Source: Octopus sinensis (lineage: Eukaryota). Taken from it: DNA of 64,000 bases. Location: the NCBI RefSeq assembly GCF_006345805.1, contig NC_042999.1, positions 158,596,001 to 158,660,000 of the forward strand, read 5' to 3'. Shown here in pieces: positions 1 to 13,538 of this stretch. The translations under genes were made by a program, and so were the position numbers. Below the pieces are notes generated by a model. That model worked only from the letters and a program-made list of their open reading frames with translations. It was not told the origin of the DNA and searched no databases. Positions within the stretch are counted from its first letter, which is position 1; every line of letters begins with the position of its first letter.

Positions 1-77
1 AAACAAACGAAAAGAACGCAGCTCCGATAACGGACAGAGTTTGCAAGAGGTTGCAAGAAGCAACGAAATGCCCGTCG

Positions 78-568
<491 letters not shown>

Positions 569-570
569 TG

Positions 571-737
571 AATGTGTCTGTGTTCCCCCATCACCGCTTG
601 ACAACCACTGTTCTTGTTTACGTCCGCATTATCTAGTGGTTCAGCAACTGCAAGTACTGAAGTTGATTCATTCGACTAAATATTCAAGGCGTTGCCCAGC
701 ATATCCTCAGTCTAATGACGGAAACAAGTAAAAAACA
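571..737 (+). mobile_element. SINE family 1 (octopus OR-type), degraded 3' half
   Basis: Similar to 13740-13938 (gcttgacaacc...gtttacgtcc...ttcgactaaa...gaaacaagtaaaa). Confidence 0.7.
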
Positions 738-1234
738 AAGGATAAAATATAGTACTTTCATACGTAATGCAACCATCAGGTTTATACAGAGAGAGTCGTG
801 TACCACAATTGACAATTGTTGTGAAATTGTTAGATTTATTCTTAAAATACCCTCCGATGGGCTCCAGTACGCTGAATCTTACGAACTGTATTTTGACCAC
901 TCAGTATGTGGCTTAAATGTCACGATTTGTCGAGTGCGCCAAGTTCTAACCCTATTTCAACCAATCAGTATGTGCTTTAAACGTCATGGTTTGGTGGTTA
1001 CGTCAAGGATTCTTTAATTTGACCGCTCCTAAAGGAATAATTGTTTGGATGTATTTGGGAATGTTGTAAACAACATTCCTGTTTTCATTGAATATTATTC
1101 TTACGATTCCAAAACCTTTTACATTTCAATCGACTCAATGTTCATATGGTCAACATTACTACCATCCTCGCCATCACTTTCATTGTTGTCGTTATTTTTG
1201 GTGGCATTAGTAGCAATAGTAATAGCAGTAGTAC

Positions 1235-1235
<1 letters not shown>

Positions 1236-1286
<51 letters not shown>

Positions 1287-1468
1287 CATCATCATCATCA
1301 TCATTATAGATAACACCACTGATAATTATAATGATGATGGTAATAATAATAATAATAGCAACAACTGCAACAACTACAACAAGAACAAGAACAAGAGCAA
1401 CAACAACAACAACAATAATAATAATAATAATAATAATAATATAATAATAATAATAATAATAATAATAA
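1236..1468. repeat. Compound trinucleotide microsatellite (ATT)n(ATC)n ... (AAC)n(AAT)n
   Basis: Visible; source of the poly-I/poly-N ORF 1045..1527. Confidence 0.95.
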
Positions 1469-1470
1469 AC

Positions 1471-2017
1471 GCCCTGATGCAGTACCAGGTAGTGGCTCTC
1501 GAGGCACTTCTGATCTTAACTGATTAGAAGTGTTATCATGCACATTGTTTTGTCTTGGTATAAAGGATGGGCTACAGTAAATATTCTGATCAATACCACT
1601 GATTTGCTCGTCAGTTGTTTGACCTTAAGCAGTTGAGCATGTCCCTTGGTGGTTGACGATATGTGCATATCTGATTATGAGCAGAAGTAGTGGGGGAGCA
1701 TCATAGGCATGTGTTGAGAGGGACTCCTTGGGGTTTGAATAATTCACCTCTGGAAACATGGGTGTTTCGCCCAACATCCTTAAACAACCCTTATTCAGGG
1801 ACCTTTTCAATGGGATGGGTTACTCGACCAGAAGAAAATTCTAACTGGGCCCCACCTCCAAGGTCATGCGCTGTTTGTCTTGATATGAGATCACCATGTC
1901 GTGCACATATGGTTGTGTTGCATGTGCCTGGTGTACCCTTATCAGACGGGTAGTCATGATGGGTATACTGGGCTTCATATATATGTCACTTTGATGGCAT
2001 GCACTGCTCTCTCACTC
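1471..2017 (+). mobile_element. Unclassified ~550-bp non-coding interspersed element ('element A'), copy 1, TAA-flanked
   Basis: Reverse complement of 24963-25514 and 27881-28435; starts GCCCTGATGCAGTACCAGG, ends CTCTCTCACTC followed by (AAT)n; (AAT)n also upstream. Confidence 0.9.
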
Positions 2018-2149
2018 AATAATAATAATAATGGATAGGCTATAAAAAAGCTAGATTAAGAAATGTCTGGAACTGTAGGTATAACAAACATAATTGTATT
2101 AGTAACATAAACATAAGAAATATTAATAATGGGAAAAAATCTGGTTGGT

Positions 2150-2870
2150 TGTTCTTTATGAGGCCCAAGTTAAAAATAACATTATAAAAATATCATAGAA
2201 ATAATTAAATAATTTATTATAGGTAACAACAAATATAACATTTTTTTCTAAAAATAATATAGGAGTAGGGTATTCGACTACTAGTGATGTAGGCAATATC
2301 TTCCCATCTTTAAATAAATATAAGCTGAACAAATTTTGTTTTAATAAATTAAATAATAACCCCAATAATAATTATAATAATTATAATAAATTGCAATTGC
2401 AGACATAAAATTAATTGTAATTTTAATAATAAATGTAATTTGGGAGAAGTAGTATATAAATACGTGGTGTCACTTAATGAAGATAATAGTAGTAGTAGGG
2501 GTAGTAGTGATAATACTAATAATAGTGAAAATTCAAATATGCCTTACATTGGATCCACGGCTAATAAAATTAAACAAAGAGTGGCGCAGCATCTGTACTC
2601 CTTTAAGAATAAAAATTGATGAACTCGACAGGCCTAAGTAAATTTATGAACTCGACAGGCCTAAGTAAATATATACAGGAATTAAAATCTAAAGCAATTA
2701 AGTAAAATTTACATTGGGAGTATATAAAACTAACTCATACAGAATAGGTATTCTGTCTTCTATGTACACATAAATTTATGGAAATATTAAAAACTAAAAC
2801 AATATCGTTTAACGCCTAGGTTGAACGAAAAATTGAATGTAAACATAAGCTGAATTGCTTATTTAATAAG
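2150..2870 (+). mobile_element. Penelope-like element relic, C-terminal linker and GIY-YIG endonuclease
   Basis: Manual translation: FSKNNIGVGYSTTS (~2245), PYIGSTANKIKQRVAQHLYSFKN (~2542), NSTGLSKYIQELKSK, then a CLLC-like segment; many stops and frameshifts. Confidence 0.75.
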
Positions 2871-4134
2871 ATGAGATAAGATTAGTTTCTTTAGAAAATA
2901 AATAAAACCCTAATTTTAAATCAAAATGGCTGAGAATAATTTTTAGATATAATGTATAATCATACTTTATTATTTTAGTATAACTAGAATTTATTAATTT
3001 GAAGAGTAACGTTAATTTTAAGAATAATAGTTAATCAATAGATATTAAATATTATTATAATTATAAAAATTATAAAAAATTAGACTTTTACTTATTCAAA
3101 AATATTTCCATCGGTTAAGTTATTTGGAGTACTTGTTTGCCAATCTGTATGTTTGGTTGTTTGTTGATGTTGGCACATAAAAAAAATTAACCACGTAAAA
3201 AGTTAGACTATTCCCATCATATATTTATTTCCGGCTTCTAGTTTTTTTTTTACCACTTACTTCCCTTACACGGTAAATATATAAAATAGCAAATATATTT
3301 TAAGGACTCTTAAATGTTAATAAGGATTATCTCCCCTACACTGGAGCTCTCAAGGTTGGATATACGTTCTTCATTTGGAAGCAATGATTAATTCGCGACA
3401 AGGAAATTACCAAAAAGATGAGTTAACATTCATTTTTATTATTTTTATTACTTTTTATCCCTCATTTTTGTTTCTAATATCGTAATAAAAAATTATTTCG
3501 ACGATTTCTAGTTCTATAATTTCTTTATATTGGATGTAAATAGTAAAATAGTTTTACATAATACAGAGATGAAGATTGACAGTTTAGTCGGATTGATATG
3601 GTATTGAATTTCGAGAACTTCTATTTCAGCAATACCGATAGATATTGTCATGAAACGCGCGTAGTGTATATAATTTAATATAGGATTCAGAATAAGAATT
3701 GTAGATATTAATTTAATCTTGTATATCTCTATCATAGATAATGTCGTTCAATGTCCATTGAGTTGCTTGAAGGTGGTTCTGTCTCTTAAAACTATATATT
3801 TATATGTATATAATACAGCGAGTAATTCATTTTAGTACCACTAAATTGAATTTCTCTCCCCTGTGGACTCGGAAATAACTTCCCTAACATTAATATTAAT
3901 ATATATATAAGTATTCGAGTAATGGCGCTAAGCACTTTTTACGTATAATCACAATGTAGGTTAGTTGAAATATGTTTGTCACATATATGTATATACGCAT
4001 GTATATATGTGAATATATTATTGCACAGATATATGTATTATGCATGTATATATATGTATATATATATATACATATATATATACATAGATACATATATATA
4101 AATACTCATATATATATATACATATATGTATATC

Positions 4135-4352
4135 TCTCTTACTCTTTTACTTGTTTCAGTCATTTGACTGCGGCCACGCTGGAGCACCACCTTTAGTCGA
4201 GCAAATCGACCCCGGGACTTATTCTTTGTAAGCCCAGTACTTATTCTATCGGTCTCTTTTGCCGAACCGCTAAGTTACCGGGACGTAAACGCACCAGCAT
4301 CGGTTGTCAAGCAATGCTAGTGGCACAAACACAGACACACAAACATACACAA

Positions 4353-4387
<35 letters not shown>

Positions 4388-4555
4388 CATATATACGACA
4401 GGCTTCTTTCAGTTTCCCTCTACCAAATCCACTCACAAGGCATTAGTCGGCCCGGGGCTATAGCAGAAGACACTTGCCCAAGATGCCACGCAGTGGGACT
4501 GAACCCGGAACCATGTGATTGGTTTGCAAGCTACTTACCACACAGCCACTCCTGC
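4135..4555 (-). mobile_element. SINE family 1, full length (tRNA-like head, internal TA/TG microsatellite)
   Basis: Head GCAGGAGTGGCTGTGTGGTAAG (A box) and GGTTCAGTCCC (B box); near-identical to 13539-13938 and 59898-60308. Confidence 0.92.
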
Positions 4556-4920
4556 TTTCTTATAAAGTATGTTTTTAAGTATACTTCACAATATATGGAC
4601 TGTATTAAGAAGTGCTCATTGCGTGCTAAATCGAAGGATAAGTAAAATTATAGAAGGAACACGTCTGAGCAATCAATACAAATTCCAAAGCGTAATTTAA
4701 AACACACAACGAAATAAATGTTTATACATATAAAGTTATAAAGCAGTGCACCAAATTACATGTAAAAGTCGTACGTGAAAAGTATGCATTATGTGCTTTG
4801 TGCTCAGTTACCGAATGGAGGAGTGACAAATAAAGAAATAAAAATTCGAGCTAAGGGCTTCCAAAAAAAAAAACCCTTCGAATCGATTAAGAATTTGATG
4901 TTAATATATTTATATATATT

Positions 4921-5146
4921 TCTTTACTACCCACAAGGGGCTAAACGCAGAGGGGACAAACGAGGACAGACAAACGGATTAAATCGATTACATCGACCCC
5001 AGTGCGTAACTGGTACATAATTTATCGACCCCGAAAGGATGAAAGGCAAAGTCGACCTCGGCGGAATTTGAACCCAGAACGTAACGGCAGACGAAATACG
5101 GCTACGCATTTCGCCCGGCGTGCCAACGTTTCTGCCAGCTCGCCGC
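4921..5146 (-). mobile_element. SINE family 2 (core GGTCGACTTTGCCTTTCATCCTTTCGGGGTCGATAAA, Meta-domain-like)
   Basis: tRNA-like head with GGTTCAAATTCC B box; homologous to 24660-24869 and 46208-46415; superfamily name is from memory. Confidence 0.8.
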
Positions 5147-5784
5147 GAAACGTCGAATGAGAGTTGAAAATCTTAAAATTCAAGGATAAATAGGTAAAGA
5201 AAGTTCTTCGGTGCTCGGAATAACTTATATATTTGCACCAATAGATTGTACTATGTTTAAAAACTTTAGTTTTTATTCTACATAACTTCCAAGTGGTTTT
5301 TAATATTTATGCTTCACCCAATGTAGAAACTAAAACAAAAAAAAAGAGAGAGAAAATAATGGATATATTCATAGATACATAAGTTAATGCTATTTCAAAA
5401 CATCGATGCTGTTATTTGCTTAAGGAGTTTACTGATAATTACTCACTGATAGACTAAATATAAAAGTATTTCCAATATATATCATTTTTATAATATTTTC
5501 TTACATTGATAATAATCTTTAGCGAATCCCTCCTTTGCGTCGTGTGAAAGCAAACAACAACGTAAAATATTTAATTCGTTTTAAAATTCGTTTTAATTCT
5601 TCTCTCTCTCCCTCTCTCCACTTCCCCCACTCTCCCTATCTGTTTATACATATTTTTATGTTTTCTTAATGTGTACGTAAACGTGGGGTCATTTTTGTGT
5701 TAGTCGGATAAGATTTTAGTACATCTTAAGGTTTCTCTCTCTCTTCTGTATGTAAGTCAACCTCTATATTCTTTTATTTGTTTA

Positions 5785-5945
5785 CACTTTTACTTGTTAC
5801 AGCCATTTGACTGCGGCCAAGTCGATATTCTTTGTAAGCCTAGTACTTTTTCTATCGGCGTCTTTTGCCGAACCGCTAGTTAAAGAGACATAAACACATC
5901 ACTATTGTCAAGCAATAGTGATGGGACAAACACAGACACAAAGAC
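5785..5945 (-). mobile_element. SINE family 1, 3' half
   Basis: ttttacttgttacagccatttgactgcggcc...ttgccgaaccgctag matches the family 1 tail. Confidence 0.75.
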
Positions 5946-5953
5946 ACACACAT

Positions 5954-6016
<63 letters not shown>

Positions 6017-6035
6017 GTGTGTGTGTGTGTGTGTG

Positions 6036-6070
<35 letters not shown>

Positions 6071-6073
<3 letters not shown>

Positions 6074-6352
6074 GAGGCGCAATGGCTCAGTGGTTAGGGC
6101 AGCGGTTTCGATACCCAGACCGGGCGTTGTGAGTGTTTATTGAGCTAAAACACATAAAGCTCCACGAGGCTCCGGCAAGGCGAGTGGTGGCGATCCCTGA
6201 TGTACTCTTTCGCCACAACTTTCTCTCACTCTTTCTTCTGTTGGCCTGCTCGCTTAGCCAGCGGGGTGTCGTCATTTGAATGCTAAAACAATGCGAAGCG
6301 CATTGTGACCAGCGATGTGTAGCAACATCTGATAGCCTGGTCGGTCACGGTG
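6071..6352 (+). mobile_element. SINE family 3 with an internal deletion in the tRNA head
   Basis: GTGGAGGCGCAATGGCTCAGTGGTTAGGGCAGCGG; body and tail match 37333-37633; ~22 nt missing between two GCGG microhomologies. Confidence 0.88.
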
Positions 6353-6369
6353 ATATATATATATATATT

Positions 6370-7140
6370 TACGGTGCCGCATATGTAGCGAAGACTTTGC
6401 CTGGCTGGTTGTAATGTCATAGTTTCTTGTTGACTTCTTTTCTTGTCTTTCTATTTCTCCTCTCTCTCTCTTTCACTCCTTTGTGTTCCCGCTCTTACGG
6501 TACGTCGCCAATCTCCACGGTTGCTGGCAACTGCTCCCCAGCCACTAATATTGATGCCGCAGGCCTTCATGTCCCTTTTGCAAACATCCTTGTAACGTAA
6601 GAACGGTCTTCCCACAGACCTAGTGTCCCTAGGAAGCCCTCCGTAGAGTATGTCCTTGGGGATTCCGCCATCTTCTATACGGCTAACATGTCCGAGCCAT
6701 CTCATACATCTTTGTGTGAGCAGTGCAAACATGCTTGGTATTCCTGCTTGCTTGGGGACATCTTTGTTGGGGACATGATTCTTCCATTTGATGCCAAGAA
6801 TTTTCCGGAAGCAGTGCAGGTGAAAGATATTTAGGCGACGCTCTTGGCGTGTGTATGGCGTCCAAGTCTCACTTCCATACAGTAGAGTCTTAAGTATACA
6901 TGCCTGGTAAATCTTCATTTTTGTGGTCTGCGTCAGTTTATTGTTGTCCCTTGCCCGTTTGGAGAGTTGGGCCATCACCGCAGCTGCCTTGCTAATGCGT
7001 ATATTGAGCTTGGCGTCAAGGGATAGGTTGTAGGTAACGGTAGAGCCAAGATAAGTAAATATCTGTGCGACTTTAGATTTTATAGTTAGTGGGTAGCGAT
7101 TTTCTTCACTACTTCAAGGAGTGACGACGCTGCCTGATAT
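6370..7140 (-). mobile_element. RTE-clade LINE, 3' fragment (RT C-terminus)
   Basis: ORF 6451..6978: LLYGSETW, LRKILGI-like, RWLGHVSRIEDGGIPKDILYG, GRPFLRYKDVCKRDMK; upstream FTYLGST at ~7039-7059. Confidence 0.92.
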
Positions 7141-7186
7141 GAGTTCCGGGCTCAGCTGGCTCCGGCTGACAGTACCCGGTATGGGC

Positions 7187-7221
<35 letters not shown>

Positions 7222-7554
7222 AGTAATAAGAGAGGGACCACATGAGATCACTCTAACGCTAGAAATAAATCCGCAAAGGGAATCCACCACTAAAGAATTG
7301 TTCTCAAGCATTAATTCAACACGCCAAGAATGTAAGCGGGCAGTTCAAATGAAAAATAACGAAAAAATGGATTAACTCTATACAATTGTTTAATCGTTAA
7401 AAGATTGTGTAATTTTACTTACAAATCATTTTCGAATCATCGGTAGAGTATATCAAAAATATAATTTGCTGAACCGAACGCCAAAATCCATACGAATCCG
7501 AGCAAAGGCGAACAGCACAGCCGATTATAATTGCAGTTACGTTCAAATATCCTC

Positions 7555-7716
7555 CACGGGCTTCTTTCAGTTTCTGTCTCCCAAATCCACTTACAAGGAT
7601 TTGGTCGGCTCGGGGCTATAGTAAAAGTCACTTGAACAAGTTTCACATAGTCGGACTGAACTCGGAACTATGTGGTTGGGAATCAAGCTTCTTACCGTAC
7701 AGTCAAACCTGCGCGT
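7555..7716 (-). mobile_element. SINE family 1, degraded 5' half
   Basis: cttctttcagtttctgtc...ccaaatccacttacaagg...ctatagtaaaag matches the family 1 head. Confidence 0.75.
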
Positions 7717-8462
7717 TTATGTGTAACATTTCTACGTTTCACCTGTATTTTTACATAAGCGTATTTATAAATATGAAATCGAAATTTTTAAAAAAATGGA
7801 ATTATTTTCCAAATTTTCTGACAGCGACAGTTATGAAATAACGAAGCCTCTTTTCTGCTTTTTTAAATAGGCACATAAAAGCCGGAAATGTTTGTATACT
7901 CGATCAACCACATATAGTAGTCTCCTGGAGTAAAACCAAGTCAATATACTACCTTCCCTTATTTTTCTTACATTACATAGAAGACAGAATCAGAAAATTG
8001 TTATATACTCCTTCTTAGATGTTTGACATTTGATATTTCTTAAGTGGATGACAGGTTTTTTCGTTCTCTTTTTCTTTTCTATTTTAATCTTTACTTTTTT
8101 CCTTGTTTCTTCTATTTACTTCCTCTACTCCAATGCCTTGAAGGAGTTCGTATATTACCATGAATGTAACCTTTCAAGTAACATCCGCTACTCACTATCA
8201 TACCTGTAACCTAAATAGGAGTGTCAACTTGTTCTCTTTTTATGAAGACTCCCAAATATCAAATTTAACCCTTAATTAAACCGAAGGAACGCTTTGTTTT
8301 TGTAACATGACGTAACACTTTTGATCATCAATAAAAGAGACATCAGAAACAGCTGTAGTGAACCACAGGCCCACCATTGTTATTTTTTTCCATCCATCCA
8401 TACACACGAGCACACACACACATACAGACATACACACACACGCACACACACACATATATATA

Positions 8463-8651
8463 TGTAAAGAATAAAACGTTTTGAATGGTATAGCAATGTA
8501 CTATAATACAGACAATGGACTATATACCTGTTGTAATTTACTCATCCAAATATCATACCAAACTATGGATAACTAAATTACAACACGTATATAGTCCACT
8601 GTCTGTGTTATAGTGCATTGTTGTACCATTCAAAAGTTTTTATTCTTTACA
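8463..8651. mobile_element. MITE-like fold-back element with ~78-bp arms and ~33-bp spacer
   Basis: tgtaaagaataaaacgttttgaatggta...gttgtaattta pairs with taaattacaac...taccattcaaaagttttattctttaca with 6 substitutions and 1 indel. Confidence 0.8.
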
Positions 8652-9229
8652 AACAATACACAATGCTTCCAGCGAAATACAATACTCTCCTATATATATA
8701 TATATATATATATATAGGAAACGTTTCATATCATTTCAAATTTCTAAGTACGAACATATGTAGTAAATGACCAGAAGGTAATTTTCATTATCCAATATAA
8801 TTATTATGAAGCTATTGTATTGGGACATTTAATGATGCAAATGTATATATGCTTATAATATATATCTGTGCTTATGTTTTAGCATACGCGTATGTTTTCC
8901 TGAGCGTATACATATATATATGTATGTGTGTGTGTGTGTATGTATGTATATATGTATGTGAGTATGTATGTATGTATGTATTATTTAATAAACACAATAT
9001 ATGTTTTTTATGTGTTATTATAAATTTCTTGCGATGAGAACAATTCATACAGTATCTATTACACATTTGTTGCCCATATGATATAACAATCTAATAATGT
9101 GACGCTAGGATGAGAGTAAAAGCTAGAAAGAGCGAGAAAGTGGTAAATATAAAGGAAAACGAAAACGAAAAGAGAACGAAGCAAAGGGGTCGGGGACTGG
9201 AGTTACTTCGCATTTGGCCGGAAAATATG

Positions 9230-9870
9230 AGGATGAGAAAATAATGGCTTAGTCTGTGGTACAGCTGTTTAATCCGGAGAGGGTTGCACTTTCCAATTAG
9301 TCAAGAGAAACTTAGCCATATGTTTATAACCGCGGAAAACTTCGGATCTAGAATTCAGCAGAGAGTTAAAGCTCTTAGGTCTGAAAAGGATCTGAGTTTT
9401 CTCAGCTACGCATAGCTTTTTTTGATCCGTTAACATATTGTCTGAAATTTTCGACTATTTTCGACTGTATCGTATGAGGCGTAGCGTTCAGCTTCAAACT
9501 CCATACGTGGTCAGCCAACATTTGTTCCTGTGTCGTAAATAAGATATGTGATTAGCAGAGCGATCTTTTAAGTTGCCTTCACATAGTCCAATACAGATCT
9601 TCTTATCGGTTGTGTTATCATCTGGCATTGCTGTAACTTCCGCCTCATATATAATGGATTGAATCATGTTTCTGGTCAAGTAGACAGGTTCTTGAATTTC
9701 GACAGTTACAAATGGGAGGGGACACTTGGTGTTGACCTCGGGTAATGATGCTTTTCACATTGGGGCAGCAGCTATATGCTAATTTCACTCAGCGCCCGTT
9801 AGATATTATCCAGTACCTGGGATTTTCTGGAAAATATTTGTCAAGGAGAGGCAGGAATCGTTTACCTATG
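9230..9870 (-). mobile_element. Penelope-like element relic, GIY-YIG endonuclease with upstream Cys motif
   Basis: CNCRNSRTCLLDQK (9699-9710 region) then IQSIIYEAEVT...KKICIGLCEGNLKDRSANHISYLRH (ORF 9494..9679). Confidence 0.8.
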
Positions 9871-9902
9871 TTAGTTCATCATCATCATCATCATCACTAT
9901 TA

Positions 9903-9969
<67 letters not shown>

Positions 9970-10004
9970 GTTGTTGTTGTTGTTGTTGTTATTGCTGTGC
10001 ATGA

Positions 10005-10114
10005 TATAGATAGACTAAATACTAGGCTTACAAAAAACAAGTCTTGGTGTATATTTGTTCGACTAAAGGCGGTGCTCTAGCACGGCCGCAGTCAAATGAA
10101 TAAAACAAGTAAAA

Positions 10115-10118
<4 letters not shown>
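10005..10118 (+). mobile_element. SINE family 1, 3' end
   Basis: tactaggcttacaaa...ttcgactaaaggcggtgctctagcacggccgcagtcaaatga...aaacaagtaaaaga. Confidence 0.8.
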
Positions 10119-10149
<31 letters not shown>

Positions 10150-10176
10150 CTCCAAGTCTTATTCTTCGTAAGCCTA

Positions 10177-10214
<38 letters not shown>

Positions 10215-10297
10215 GTATATATATATAAACTGTATGTATGTTTATATATGTATATATATATACACACACATCTATCTATCTATGTATCTCTCTATGG

Positions 10298-10331
<34 letters not shown>

Positions 10332-10336
10332 ATATA

Positions 10337-11216
10337 CGAGGTGGGTACCCAAAAGTTACTGGAAATGTTATCTGTGAGACAAACCCATCGTAGTTCAAGC
10401 TTTCGCTGTTAGAAGCCATTTGATGCGACCCTCAGGCATCAGTCGGCTGACCGGCATCGTCTGGTGATGTCGTACTGTCACTTGGTGTGTCTTTGTTTTG
10501 CAGTGCTTGTCTCCTGTTCGTCGTTTTTTGCGATGGCTGAAACGAAGGAACAGCGTGCTTCCGTGAAATTCTGTTTTCTGGGTAAAACATTGGGTGAAAC
10601 AGTTGTCATGCTACAAACATCTTACAAGGACGCTGCCATGAACAAAACACAAGGTTATGAGTGGTGTCCACGCTTTAAGAATAGTCCCCTGTCGCTTGGA
10701 GATCAACCCTGTTCAGGACGACTGCCGATCTCCCGAACGAAAGCAAACATCATGAAAATACATGAATTGATATTTGACGACCATCACCGGACAATTGACG
10801 AATATGTTGACAGGTATGTTGTGTCTTGGAGCTTCTGCGAAAGAATTTTGAGTGAGAAATTGTGAAAGAAAAGAGTTGAAGCAAAATTTGTTCCTCGCTT
10901 GCTCACGGAAGTTCAAATGTAGTCATGGCTGAATGCGTGTCGTGGAGTGAGAGAACAGTTGGAATTTGACCTGACGTTTTTTCGAAGGTCATCACAGGTG
11001 ACGAAAGCTGGTGCTACGGGATTTCTTGATGTGAAAGAGGTGAAGAAAAACAACGACGGGAGCGCTAAAATGCAAGAGTTCCAGTGGAAAACGCGCTTGG
11101 ACCGATGCATTATTTCAAACGGAGAATAATTTGAAGGCGATAAAAGTGTAAACAAGTAATACCAAGTGAATAAAATAATACTAAAAAGATGTTGGTTTCT
11201 TTAGGGTACCTCCTCA
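10337..11216 (+). mobile_element. Internally deleted mariner transposon with both TIRs
   Basis: TA|cgaggtgggtacccaaaag ... ctttagggtacctcctca|TA; ORF 10464..10865 has MAETKEQRASVKFCFL...SGR..SRT HTH region, then AKFVPRLL and ITGDES; most of the catalytic domain is deleted. Confidence 0.9.
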
Positions 11217-11339
11217 TAGAAATATGTACACATAATCATACACATATACCAAATCCAATATGAACCAAATATTGAACCCAGTACTGGCTCCAGGTGTGGC
11301 GTGTATGCACACACACACATATATATATATATATATACA

Positions 11340-11510
11340 TGCCATGATAGATCGCTAGCCACTATACTTTCTCTCCCTGATTATTTTTGTGTTCCTTTCT
11401 GTCGAAGGCTCGAAACGTAAAAGACTTTCTCACTTCCTGAGCTTTAAACGAATGCACCTGTTTGTTGTTTATACACCCATCCACGCCTTTTGATTTTTGT
11501 AAATTCTCAC
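11340..11510 (+). mobile_element. Penelope-type terminal repeat fragment with a damaged minimal hammerhead-like motif
   Basis: cttt-CTGTCGA-aggctc-GAAAC-GTA-aaag at 11395-11423; same layout as 62690-62724. Confidence 0.45.
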
Positions 11511-11974
11511 TATAACGGCGGTGCATCAACATGGCCGCATTTCTGAGCTGAAACTAGAGAGAAAAAATATATATATACACAGGCACAGACATACAGACAC
11601 ACGCGCACACACACATACACACACTTTTTTTTATATATTGATATACATGTATGTAGACATATATATGCGTATAGGAAAAGGACACAGGTGTGATTCAAAA
11701 CACGCCGTTCCGGCTGCATTTTATTGACACGTTCTTACATTACATCATAGAAAAATCTCACCATCATCGGGTAAATTTTAAGCGCAAAAACAGGTCAGGT
11801 GGAAACAGAAGATTATCAGTTCACCAACTCACCTTTTAACAATTTTGTCGTTCTAGTAATTTCGATCCTCGTTTCTGTTTTGCACTTAGGTTTGTAGTAG
11901 CTATTTGATGAAAAATAAAATCGCAGAGCATAAAGAGAAGCAATACAAACAATTAGCCATTTGTAACCATACGA

Positions 11975-12057
<83 letters not shown>

Positions 12058-12531
12058 CAGAGACCCACAGACATACAAATGTGCGTTTGTGTGCGTGAGT
12101 ATGCATATACGCACACTCACACACGGATATGTTTATTTATCTGTGTGCCAGTGAAAATATTGTATACGCACACAAGTGTGTTATGGGACACTGAATCAGC
12201 TTGTGAAGCAGGTTCACTGCTACTTGACAACAAATAAGAGATTCTAAAACTAAGCAGTGTCCATTAACAACATGATTTCTTATCAAGCATGTAATGCATG
12301 CAGCTAGTCTCCATAGTAATGCATGGAATTATAGAGTTATTTCGACAAAATGAACGGTCATAGCCGTGTACCTAGGCTGTTACATCTTTTTATATAATCT
12401 TATATTTGTCTGTATATACACGCACACCCACATACATACATAATACAGACATACATGTGTGTATGGACAGATACATATGTATGGATATATATATATATAT
12501 ATGATACATACATACATAAATACTTACGTAC

Positions 12532-12587
<56 letters not shown>

Positions 12588-13242
12588 ATACTAAGCAATT
12601 AAGGGTTTAGCAACGAATTGCCTCACCACACACCGAATTTAGAAATAGCAGTCAAAGAGTTATAGCTATTCTTTCTAATATATATATATACATTCATACA
12701 TACATATATACATACATACATACATACATACATACATACATACATACATACACACATACATACATAAGTCGTTTTTTATTTCACGTTACTTGATCTAATG
12801 CTCTTTGTTGAAACAAATTTGTTGTGGGAAAAACACATTCAACTCGCTGAATGAACACAAAATCAGTTTTTTAAACATGAAGGAAAAGCCATTTTGACAA
12901 ATCTTTTTGCTTTGTACATGATTAAAGTACTTTTTCTGTGATAGTGATAAATAATGCAAATCAGCTGCAGCATTTTAAAACTAGATCTTAATTCTTCAGC
13001 ACAGCTTATCTTCCATGAATAGTTAAAATATTTCCAACACCAAACTCTGAAGAATGTCTTTAATGATCATTAATTAAATTAGGACACGACGACGAATTTG
13101 CAGCCAATCTTCTTTTGGTAATTCCAATGCATAGCTTGTACGATGGAATCGTACGCTTCAAGACAGAATATCTCATTAAAGATAGGCTAATATGTAGTCA
13201 CCTTTCCAGATGAATCAACAAATGAAGGTACAAAAAAATATT

Positions 13243-13339
13243 AAGTGAATAAAATAATACTAAAAAGATGTTGGTTTCTTTAGGGTACCTCCTCATAGGA
13301 ATATGTACACATAATCATACACATATACCAAATCCAATA
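13243..13339 (+). repeat. 97-bp duplicate of 11164-11260 (mariner right TIR plus flank)
   Basis: Identical except one base (gaaat vs ggaat). Confidence 0.95.
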
Positions 13340-13538
13340 AAACTATTTGTAATAATAGCGATTGCCGAGTCAAATTATATTGCATTTCTGGTTAGAAGCA
13401 TTAAAAAACAAAATCAACACAACTTTCTCCTATCACACGTAATTGAACCACATAGTTTTCTGTCGATAACGCGCATGAATTTTTTACTCCTTCTTATACG
13501 CATTTAATAATGCACATTTTTTAAAAAAATTTCTAACT

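Noticed and set aside
712-1017. ORFs 712..900 and 715..1017 as host exons
   Set aside because: They begin inside a SINE tail and show no recognisable domain
1471-1600. HDV-like ribozyme or snRNA origin for the 5' end of element A
   Set aside because: Could not build the P1/P1.1/P3 pseudoknot by eye; resemblance to U2 is only a few bases
2030-2900. Possible NUMT (very AT-rich, mitochondrial-looking)
   Set aside because: Translation gives Penelope linker and GIY-YIG motifs, not mitochondrial genes
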